A stretch of DNA of 61,793 bases. Origin: a virus. Taxonomy: Duplodnaviria > Caudoviricetes. The translations under genes were made by a program, and so were the position numbers. Numbering within the stretch: the stretch's first letter is position 1; each line of letters begins with the position of its first letter. This document shows, in pieces, positions 54,261-61,793 of this stretch. Location of the stretch: IMG/VR virus record IMGVR_UViG_3300042914_004341, positions 1-61,793 of that record; one strand, given 5' to 3'. Under the pieces are notes generated by a model. It ran no database searches, was not told where the DNA came from, and worked only from the letters and a program-made list of their open reading frames with translations.

Positions 54261-54876
54261 TTTGCATCACCGTGGGCAGGGCCCGGCGGAGTACATCCCG
54301 CACGGCCTCTGCTACCAGTCTGTGTTCAAGCTGTGTACCATTGCCCAGACGTGTCTGGAGGTAGTGCAGCCAACTCCGGACCGAGCCGGTCATGTACAGC
54401 CTAGACTGGACCATGCCTTCTGGGAGCACTGCCCGGGCACACTCCTTGGCAATCCCCTTGCGTAGTGCCTCCCTGTAAGTGTTCATGGCAGCGTCGTATG
54501 CCCGCATCTGGGCCATGCTGAACCAGTCCTGGGTGTCCTTCGGCATGTCTGCCACGCTGTTTTGTCTGTTCTTGGTGTCCTGTCTGCGGGCCTGGACCTT
54601 GATGGGCTCATCCCTAACTTGTTCGTAACGCTGGCTGAACTCCGAGAAAGTAAAGCTACGGTGCCTAAGCAGCTGCCTCGCGATGGCCCTCGAAGTCTCA
54701 ATTTCGAGGGTGGCATAGCCGTGCTCAAACACGGACCAGTGGCCATGCTTTAAACAGTAGGTGAGCAGCTTCTTAAACTCGGGGTTGGTTTGGTTGGGAC
54801 TGGAAACGCGTGCCACGTAGGCCATGGTCTTTTCTGCATCGGGCGTAATGGCAATCAGGGTCGCCTTCGGTTCCAT
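54226..54876 (-). CDS. thyX: Flavin-dependent thymidylate synthase
   Basis: HWSVFEH, RHRSFTFSEFSQRY, KECARAVLP, TQLEHR motifs. Confidence 0.96.
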   Translation of the reverse strand: MEPKATLIAITPDAEKTMAYVARVSSPNQTNPEFKKLLTYCLKHGHWSVFEHGYATLEIETSRAIARQLLRHRSFTFSEFSQRYEQVRDEPIKVQARRQDTKNRQNSVADMPKDTQDWFSMAQMRAYDAAMNTYREALRKGIAKECARAVLPEGMVQSRLYMTGSVRSWLHYLQTRLGNGTQLEHRLVAEAVRDVLRRALPTVMQIAEETILADKR

Positions 54877-54885
54877 CGGGCCTCC

Positions 54886-55260
54886 TCATTCGTGAATAAG
54901 ATTCCCCCGCACATAGAGTAGGAACACGCGCTTGCCTCGCTCCTCGCCGATGATAATGAAGTGCGGGATGTCACGCTTGCGTGCGGGGCGCAGGAAAATC
55001 TCAAGGTCGGACAACTTGTACGCCTCTGCGGATACGTAGTGTGGCTGCATGCCCGTCCTGGGGGGCCACTCCTCTGCTCGGTGAGCGAAGATGCATGCCC
55101 CCACGGCCCTAGAATCCGGGGTCACGGGCAGGATTCTTTCCGCCTTCGGCATCTTGTGCCGGCTCTTGGGGGCTGACTTTGGTCTGGCCATAGGCAGGTC
55201 CAGGCAGCCAGTGCAATCAGTATCAGGGCAATCGCAGGAAGCAGGGGGACGACGAGCCAT
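54886..55260 (-). CDS. Hypothetical protein with an N-terminal Cys cluster
   Basis: CDCPDTDCTGC; RBS GGGAG. Confidence 0.55.
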   Translation of the reverse strand: MARRPPASCDCPDTDCTGCLDLPMARPKSAPKSRHKMPKAERILPVTPDSRAVGACIFAHRAEEWPPRTGMQPHYVSAEAYKLSDLEIFLRPARKRDIPHFIIIGEERGKRVFLLYVRGNLIHE

Positions 55261-55317
55261 GGTGGAAACTCCCTTCGAGTTCGCACCATAGCACGCGTCG
55301 GCCCTGCCTGTCTCGGG

Positions 55318-55944
55318 CTATTTCCCATTGAAGTCAAAGTCCTTGGGCAGGAAAGACTTGCGGGTCTGGGTCAGCGTGACCCTGCCTACCGTGGCGGGAA
55401 AAAGTGTGGTGAACTTGTCCCCTGTGAAGCGGGTTTCCTCGAACATGTGGAGGACCTCACAAGAGGGCTTCGGGAGTTGGGCCCACTTTGTACGCAACGG
55501 GACGCAGGACGTAGGCTGCATGGGCCCCAAGCCCTGTCGCACATCTGCCGCCATGTCCTCTGAAGTCTGCATGGCCCGCTGCGTTAGTTGGTAAAAGTCC
55601 GCCCCAGAAAACAGCATGTCCGCAGGGAGCCTTGCGGCAGCCGAGTGAAAAATGAACTCACTGTCCCGGGCCACTACGATGCGGTGGCACCCAGGGAGCA
55701 CAGACTGCAAGGCCGCGGAGTATGCCCTCGAAACCATACACGTAGCCTGGACGTTCTGGAGGGCCTGCCCAATAAGCCTGCCGAGGTCGATAACACCGCC
55801 CCGAGAGTGTACCACGGCGACGACGTGCACGCGTTCGCCCGCCCGTTTGGCGGCCTCGGCCTGGGCCAATGCGAGCAGGAATTCTTGCAGGCCGGGGGCC
55901 CCCGGTTCAATAGCCATGGTCAGGTGGAGAAGAAAGAACTTCAT
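55318..55944 (-). CDS. ClpP-like serine protease homologue
   Basis: VHSRGGVI, AYSAA (catalytic Ser), FIFH motifs. Confidence 0.65.
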   Translation of the reverse strand: MKFFLLHLTMAIEPGAPGLQEFLLALAQAEAAKRAGERVHVVAVVHSRGGVIDLGRLIGQALQNVQATCMVSRAYSAALQSVLPGCHRIVVARDSEFIFHSAAARLPADMLFSGADFYQLTQRAMQTSEDMAADVRQGLGPMQPTSCVPLRTKWAQLPKPSCEVLHMFEETRFTGDKFTTLFPATVGRVTLTQTRKSFLPKDFDFNGK

Positions 55945-55946
55945 AC

Positions 55947-56318
55947 TTAGCACCTCTCTAGTTTGGGAAGGGAGGACCACGGTCTGGCCTTGCTTCCGGT
56001 TAAAGCCTCAAACGCGCCGGGCGTCAAGTCCAAACCACGCTTGCCATGGTAGCGTGGGTTTCCCTTGTCATTGACCCATATGGCCACACAAGGGCCCTCG
56101 CCCGCCCTAAGGAAAAGCCAGTGCGGCCTGACCCTATACCGCGCGGGCATAAACACCGCCGCCGTGGGCCGGCGCGGGTCAAACGTCTCGCCCGATGCAG
56201 TCTGTGCACCATACGCACACGGGCGCGGCGCGTGGGTGTCCCCACACGCCACCTCGCCCAGGCCGTACACAGAAGCGGGCAGTGTGATGGCCTGCGCGGC
56301 AAAGATGAAAAAGCCCAT
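55947..56318 (-). CDS. RlpA-like double-psi beta-barrel protein
   Basis: TASGETFDP...TAA, VNDKG, LDLTPGAFEAL. Confidence 0.82.
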   Translation of the reverse strand: MGFFIFAAQAITLPASVYGLGEVACGDTHAPRPCAYGAQTASGETFDPRRPTAAVFMPARYRVRPHWLFLRAGEGPCVAIWVNDKGNPRYHGKRGLDLTPGAFEALTGSKARPWSSLPKLERC

Positions 56319-56410
56319 AAGGTTCCTCCAGAAATGGGCGCGCACAACCGGGCACACAAACACGGAACCCTCTACTGAGCGGCCCCGCGGCCGGTGCCTG
56401 CGTGCTTTGC

Positions 56411-57232
56411 TTAGTTTCTAGGTACAACGTACAGCGTGGCCGTAATGGCCGTGCCGCCCGCCTGCAACGTGCTGTCGAGCCCGCCGCCTGCCACACTCAC
56501 GGTCACGTTTGCCTCCTGCGCCAAGACAACATCACCCAGCACGGGGACCAGGGAACCAAGGTCGCAAGCGTACATACCAACACGGGCACCTTTGAGGGTG
56601 AACCCCGTACCGGGCATTGTGGCGTTGTCCCCGTTGCCTTGGTAGCAGTAGCGAACCGAACCAAGCTGGATGTATGCCCACCCCGTTCCCGCCGCGCCCG
56701 ATGCTAACGGGAGGGTCTGCGGCAACGTCCACAGCCCGGCCACGGCGGGGCCAACGTAGCTGTCCCAGTACGACGGGCCGTAGGTGCGGGATGCCGCGAG
56801 CACGAGTGTCTGAGGCGCACCCCAAGGTGCGGCTCCGTCCTGTCCGTCCACTCCGTCCTGCCCTGCCGGGCCCGCTACCCCGGGCAACCCCTGCGGACCA
56901 GCTGGGCCGGCCTCGCCTGTCGCGCCCGTCTCGCCGGGCACGCCCGTTGACCCTGGCAACCCTTGCGGGCCCGCTTCCCCTGCCTGCCCGTCCTTGCCGA
57001 GCTGTCCCGGTGAGCCATCTGTCCCAGGCACACCCTGCGGGCCGGGTGTTCCCCGGGGGCCGGCCACACCGGGCCGGCCGTCCTTGCCGTCGCTGCCGTC
57101 GTCGGGGTCCGCGGCGTCACGCAGGAATCCGCACCCGCCAGCGGCCAGCGTGAGCAAAGAGAAAGTTACGAAGCGGGTGAGGTTCCGGAGGAACACGACG
57201 ACCGCAGGGAGGAGTAGGTGTATCCTTACCAT
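56411..57232 (-). CDS. Collagen-like lipoprotein
   Basis: RBS AGGAG; lipobox-like LAAGGC; about 30 Gly-X-Y triplets; C-terminal beta domain. Confidence 0.8.
   Translation of the reverse strand: MVRIHLLLPAVVVFLRNLTRFVTFSLLTLAAGGCGFLRDAADPDDGSDGKDGRPGVAGPRGTPGPQGVPGTDGSPGQLGKDGQAGEAGPQGLPGSTGVPGETGATGEAGPAGPQGLPGVAGPAGQDGVDGQDGAAPWGAPQTLVLAASRTYGPSYWDSYVGPAVAGLWTLPQTLPLASGAAGTGWAYIQLGSVRYCYQGNGDNATMPGTGFTLKGARVGMYACDLGSLVPVLGDVVLAQEANVTVSVAGGGLDSTLQAGGTAITATLYVVPRN
57179..57231. repeat. Long dispersed repeat copy 3 (inverted), in frame after the ATG of the collagen-like gene
   Basis: Reverse complement is 52/53 identical to 600-652. Confidence 0.95.
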
Positions 57233-57250
57233 ATCTGTAATCTCCTAGTG

Positions 57251-57658
57251 TTAGGTGTTCTGAGATGTCGTGTTGGCTTGCTGCGATGCCTCGTACTCTT
57301 CCCTGGCCCGGGCGTGAATCTCCTCCTTGCTGGCCGGGCCGTACTTGGGACGCCGCCCTGGCCCTGTCCGCTTCCGCACTACCAAATTTGTGAAGTGGAA
57401 GGCTTCGCCAAGCGGAACCACGGCGGGCCATCCGGGTGGGGTCTCGCGGAATTCCACCACATACTTGCCCCGCTTCGGCCCGATGAATCCCTCCCCGTAA
57501 TCCCGCCGGCACTGGGCGTCTAGCGCAAGCACGAGCCCGCGCAAAGGGATGCCGAGGTAGCCCACAGGACTGCGACCGCCCCAACGGTAACGCAGCATGT
57601 TGAACACACTGTGGCGGGCGAGTTGGAATTCCCTTTCCGTGAAAGCCGGGTTATTCAT
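57251..57658 (-). CDS. Hypothetical protein
   Basis: RBS GGAGG before ATG 57658. Confidence 0.55.
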   Translation of the reverse strand: MNNPAFTEREFQLARHSVFNMLRYRWGGRSPVGYLGIPLRGLVLALDAQCRRDYGEGFIGPKRGKYVVEFRETPPGWPAVVPLGEAFHFTNLVVRKRTGPGRRPKYGPASKEEIHARAREEYEASQQANTTSQNT

Positions 57659-57952
57659 TGTGCCTCCCATTTCTTGGCAATGCTTGCAAACCACTTGATG
57701 GAACGCCAGTCCATTACATAGGTGTCCCCGCGCCGTTGCAGGTAGACCACGGCTGCGTTGTACTGGGTATCATCCATAGCTTACTCCTTTCCTTTCAGCT
57801 ATTTAACCAGTGCTTTAACCCTGCTAATTGATTCCTGGATGCGCCGTTGGCGTAGCTCAAAGGAATCCCGCGCAGCCTCATCCTGCGCAGGCATCCCCTC
57901 GCGCCTTCCCCGTGCACGTTTCCAAGTCTCGTAATCGAAAACTTTGGCACCT

Positions 57953-58501
57953 TCAAAATCCTTGGAGTCTTTCGTCCCGCTCATGTGCTTCCTTTCTGGC
58001 CCGCGCAAACAGGCTCGGAGTTGGGTCCGTTACGGCCACGGGATGCATAAGCCGTTCCGCATTGGCGGGGGTTTCTGCCTCGTGCCGCTGGAATCTCACG
58101 CAGTGTTGCAACTCATGCTCGAACACCCACGCATGTGTTGCAGGGTCCATGCCAGTCTGCAGCGTGATGGTCCGCCAAAGCTGCGAACCCTCCCATTGGA
58201 TGCTGCAGGTACCAAGAGCCAGCCTTTCTTCAGCAAGTGTCTCGGAGTAGCGCACGTGGAGAGGAGACAAGACGTCACACGGCTCCCGGCATGTGTCAAA
58301 AAACTGTTCAATTTGTGGCATCAGCTCGACAGGGGCACGCACGCTGTGGCTCACCTCCGTGCCGCACGCGGTTACGGCCAGCGCCGCAGCCAAGCACACC
58401 AGGGTGGCAGCGCGGCCCGGACGTGTGGGCGTGCCACTGCCGGGCGTGCCCTTGCCCTTGAGGGCGGCCAGAATCGCGGCCAAGTCTGGTAAGTCCTGCA
58501 T
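57953..58501 (-). CDS. Metzincin-like metallopeptidase lipoprotein
   Basis: Lipobox LAVTAC; HELQHC....H plus LMHP Met-turn. Confidence 0.7.
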   Translation of the reverse strand: MQDLPDLAAILAALKGKGTPGSGTPTRPGRAATLVCLAAALAVTACGTEVSHSVRAPVELMPQIEQFFDTCREPCDVLSPLHVRYSETLAEERLALGTCSIQWEGSQLWRTITLQTGMDPATHAWVFEHELQHCVRFQRHEAETPANAERLMHPVAVTDPTPSLFARARKEAHERDERLQGF

Positions 58502-60235
58502 GTTTGCCTCCTTCATTCCAGGCCGCGACACTGGCGAACTTCCTCAGCGTGCTTGACGCACGATGCGTAACGGTCCGCGTCCAGTGTCTCGCTGTGCTTG
58601 TACACTTCGACGACCTTGTTTGTGGCGAACGCGCCCGCAATGGCAATCACTACGTAGGTGATGAGAATTTCCATGGCGTGATTCCTCAGTGCTTGGTTTT
58701 GCGGAACACAACACGGGCCGCAATGTAGCTTCCCACAAAGACGCCCACGGCCAGGGCCACGGGAAGAAAGCCGAGAAACATCACGGTGAATCCAGGTTCG
58801 TTCATGTTAGGCTCCAATTTGAAAAGCTGGTTTGTTTGTGAACAGGTAGATGCAAAGGCCCTGGGAATTGAGTGCAGATTCTTCCGCGCCGATATCCCAG
58901 GTCTCGCGGATGCAGGCCACAATTGCCTCAATGCCTGCGTGCCCAATCAAGTCCACGGGCATACGGACGTGCTCCCGTCCGTCTATGAAAATCACAACTT
59001 GTGAAACTCGCATGGTCCCCTCACACATATATGTAGATAGTCTCGAACCCCTACGCCTCGGCCCGCTCAATTGCCCGGTCCAGTTCCCACTGTTCCGGTG
59101 CAAGGAGGTGGATGCCGACGTGGCGGGTCGTCTCGGGACTGCCAAGCCGGAACGTGATGGCCGTGTGAGCTTCGCAGAGGCGACGCAGGTAGAGTTCGCG
59201 AATGTACTTTGCAAAGGAGAATTTATTCCGTGACATCGTGGGTTCCTCCTCAGAATGTTTGTGTGCCCCCAAAGAAAGGGCCCCGCGCATCGACAGACAC
59301 GCGGGGCCAACATATTGGAGGATTACAATGCCCCCTGCCGCTGGGCTCTGGTGTTTCGTCCTGCAAAGGACTCGTCAGCGCCCCAACGGCAGGGGCGGAC
59401 ACCTGTATGCGACAAAAGACACAAGTCAGGAAACCCAGTCAAGGAAACGTATTGTCCAGCTTCTGGAATCTTTCCAGGTGCGCCGTGTGTTCCACTCCAT
59501 CATCGCCTACAAAAACACAAAGCGGAGACATGGGCAGGATTCGGGGAATTATCATCACCGTGTAGGTTTTCCCTGCCGTCAAGCAATCCGTCATGTTATG
59601 AGGTGACACGCATTGTGTCTTAAATTTTTGACCTACTGCAAGGGTTTCTGAAATGGTCCAAGTGCCGTGTAAAGAAAGAGTGTACATACATCCCCCCAAG
59701 GTGTTTCAGCCTAATTACTCTCGCTCCGATTCGGCCGCATCTTCCGCTTCCGAACCAAAGCCCAACTCCCGCGCAAGTTCGATAGTGCGCTCCAGTGCTT
59801 GTTCATACTTCAGCGCGTCCTGGATTCTCCCTGCAAGCCGTGCCTCTGTGGCAGCACGCGCGTACGCGCGGATATTTAGCATACACAAAGTCTCGGGTGA
59901 CGCATCACGTCTCACACATGCCTCCTTAGTGTTTCGGCCTTCGATTAGGCCCTCGTCAGCACAGGAACAAATCCCGTGGACACCATCGCTGCCTCTTCCA
60001 GATGGTAAGCGCGTCCCGGTCACCACAATTGGCTGGCGGGCGGCGGGGGTCGGGAGGTGCCGCCTCGTGCTTGCGCATGGGCAGGGCTTTCCGGTCCGCT
60101 TGCCTTTGGATGGATTCCCGTCCGCTGGCTCTTACTTACTCTTCGGCTGATTCGGTGCGGAACTTTAGTCCGCTGGTCTCCTCAGTGCCGGCCTCACCGG
60201 CAGACGCCCATCTGCGAGGGCGTTTCGACCTTGCG

Positions 60236-60469
60236 TCACTTCCGAAGGTGCTCATCCCCGCGAAACTTTTGCCGCCCACCAAACTTCACCGTAGTGAAAA
60301 GCTCGTCCGCACTCATCCCGGCGAAAGCCTCCCGTGTCCAGGCGCGGGCCCAGCGTTTCCACCGCTCGGAGGCCGGGCCCTGAAGCACTGCCACGGTCAG
60401 GCTGCCCACTTGAACACAATGCATCTCGCCGAACCGTCCCTCATCTGTCGTCTTAATGGTCACTCTCAT
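60236..60469 (-). CDS. Small early hypothetical protein
   Basis: RBS GGAGG before ATG 60469. Confidence 0.55.
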   Translation of the reverse strand: MRVTIKTTDEGRFGEMHCVQVGSLTVAVLQGPASERWKRWARAWTREAFAGMSADELFTTVKFGGRQKFRGDEHLRK

Positions 60470-60516
60470 GGTGTGTTCCTCCGTGCGGGCTGTGCCCGCG
60501 AGGGTTGGTCTCGACC

Positions 60517-60720
60517 TCACCTGTACCAGCACTCGAACACAGGGTTGCCGCAAGGGTGCGGGGTCAGTTCCAGGGCCCGCAGGCACCAGCGCACCGCGCC
60601 GCCCAGCCCATCGTCCATGTTCCCAAAATCCCCCCAGAGGGCGGCCAGGGCCCGCACGTCCGCGGGTTCCAGGTCAGTCTTGCAGGCCAGGGCAGCGTGG
60701 AGCGTCGTGGTCTTGAACAT
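60517..60720 (-). CDS. Small early hypothetical protein
   Basis: AAGGAG RBS, downstream of a sigma28-type promoter. Confidence 0.65.
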   Translation of the reverse strand: MFKTTTLHAALACKTDLEPADVRALAALWGDFGNMDDGLGGAVRWCLRALELTPHPCGNPVFECWYR

Positions 60721-60754
60721 CTCGGTCTCCTTTGTTCGCATCAGGTTCTCTTCT

Positions 60755-60782
60755 TTATCGGAGCCTGGGGGAGGAACTTGAG
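60755..60782 (-). promoter_or_regulatory. sigma28 (FliA)-type promoter
   Basis: CTCAAG-14 nt-TCCGATAA. Confidence 0.75.
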
Positions 60783-60789
60783 CACTTTT

Positions 60790-60975
60790 TTATTCCAACC
60801 CCACCAGCTCAATGGCCGTGTACCAGTGCTCGTTCGATTCCCCATCCAGCTCCACCCCAGCCTCCACCGCCAGCCCTCTCGCCACCTCCACCACCATCCT
60901 GTACTGCTCCATCGTGGCCACCACCCCAAAGTACCGCTGGAACCGGGCCAGCTCGGTCTGTTCTTTCCTGTTCAT
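60790..60975 (-). CDS. Small early hypothetical protein
   Basis: GAGGAG RBS, downstream of a sigma28-type promoter. Confidence 0.65.
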   Translation of the reverse strand: MNRKEQTELARFQRYFGVVATMEQYRMVVEVARGLAVEAGVELDGESNEHWYTAIELVGLE

Positions 60976-61009
60976 CCTGGTCTCCTCTGTTTGCATCGGG
61001 GTCTCTTTC

Positions 61010-61037
61010 TTATCGGAGCCTGGGAGGGAAACTTGAG
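61010..61037 (-). promoter_or_regulatory. sigma28 (FliA)-type promoter
   Basis: CTCAAG-14 nt-TCCGATAA; direct repeat of the 60755-60782 region. Confidence 0.75.
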
Positions 61038-61075
61038 AGTTTTTTTTTCGGCTCCGGTCATTTCCTTCATAAAAC

Positions 61076-61103
61076 TTATCGACGGGTGCAAGAAAAACCT
61101 TAG
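61076..61103 (-). promoter_or_regulatory. sigma28 (FliA)-type promoter
   Basis: CTAAGG-14 nt-GTCGATAA. Confidence 0.65.
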
Positions 61104-61280
61104 CTCGGGGGGGCATCTTTTTTTGCAACGTGTTGGAATCTGGCCTGGAAAAGTTTCGAGGGAGGGCGGACGGGGGGCGGCAGGCCGGGTTTTGGCACTT
61201 TGTCAGATATGCGTGCGTGTGCGCGCGCGTTGCACGGAGCGTGCCGGTGCAGCAGGGCAGCATGGGTCAGCATGAAAGAG

Positions 61281-61308
61281 CTAAAGGCATGGGCAGGCGT
61301 GCCGATAA
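61281..61308 (+). promoter_or_regulatory. sigma28 (FliA)-type promoter, consensus match
   Basis: CTAAAG-14 nt-GCCGATAA (= TAAA-N15-GCCGATAA). Confidence 0.85.
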
Positions 61309-61336
61309 AGGAAAGCATAAGGACAAGGAGGCGACG

Positions 61337-61501
61337 ATGGACAAGGCACTTTTGGTAATGCTGGTGTGTGCGTTTGGGTTCGGCGCGGCTGCGGCGGGAG
61401 GGCATGGGACGCTTGCGTTCTGGCTGTTCCTGGGGGCGTGCTCGGGTCTGATGGTGTACACGGAGAAGGCGGCGGAAGAAAAGGCTAAGAGAAAAGAGTG
61501 A
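61337..61501 (+). CDS. Small two-TM membrane protein
   Basis: RBS AAGGAGG; MDKALLVMLVCAFGFG...LAFWLFLGACSGLMVY. Confidence 0.7.
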   Translation: MDKALLVMLVCAFGFGAAAAGGHGTLAFWLFLGACSGLMVYTEKAAEEKAKRKE

Positions 61502-61515
61502 GTTGCAAGAAAGTG

Positions 61516-61543
61516 CTCAAGGGATTCGACAGGGCGCCGATGA
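61516..61543 (+). promoter_or_regulatory. sigma28 (FliA)-type promoter
   Basis: CTCAAG-14 nt-GCCGATGA, followed by AAGGAGG-ATG at 61570. Confidence 0.75.
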
Positions 61544-61793
61544 GAAGGGGAAGGGAAAAGGAGGCGAAGATGAAGGGAAGGCAAAGGCGACGACGGGTCA
61601 GGCGGCGAAGGTCGGGCGGGATGGGCCGGCGAGATGGGGTTGGGTCAGCCTCTCGCCTGCGCGTGCCCACGGCGTGCGAATCGCGCGGGCCCAAGTGTGG
61701 GCGGGCGGGGGGGCAAGCGCGGGAACTTGCCCCTAAACAACCGGGGCCGTTTTTCTAAAAATGACCCCCCCTTATGGCAGGCCCAGGAAGCCC

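Noticed and set aside
599-57231. Dispersed repeats as a CRISPR array working with the Cas4-like gene
   Set aside because: Copies are kilobases apart, in both orientations, with no regular spacers; solo Cas4-like exonucleases are common phage recombination genes
61104-61771. A-tract/C-tract motifs (61104-61123 inverted versus 61757-61771) as genome termini or packaging sites
   Set aside because: Similarity is short and low-complexity; no terminal repeat is visible between the window ends, so termini need read-based analysis

Overview
This looks like an essentially complete ~61.8-kb tailed dsDNA phage genome with podovirus-like gene content. A rightward arm (~1.9-36.5 kb) carries a prim-pol/wHTH gene, terminase, portal, scaffold, major capsid, fibres, holin, adaptor, a very large nozzle-like protein and five ejection-type proteins. 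A leftward arm (~36.5-61.1 kb) carries an M15 endolysin, DinG-like helicase, RuvC-like resolvase, intein-split family A DNA polymerase, Tad2-like, MazG-like, Cas4-like and ThyX genes, envelope lipoproteins and small early genes. I found no integrase, RNA polymerase, tRNA or CRISPR array. The most unusual signals are non-coding. (1) Five sigma28/FliA-type promoters with identical 14-nt spacing sit at the divergent early region, while the structural genes have sigma70-type promoters. (2) Seven bipartite hairpin modules (GNA-triloop/tandem-GA mini-hairpin plus a second hairpin) conserve structure by covariation and resemble primosome assembly sites; one copy sits in frame right after a start codon. 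(3) An imperfect palindrome GTAGGTATATCCTTACCAA occurs eight times. (4) Free-standing HNH endonucleases appear to have captured and recoded the ends of neighbouring essential genes. All calls come from motif reading by eye; no searches were run.
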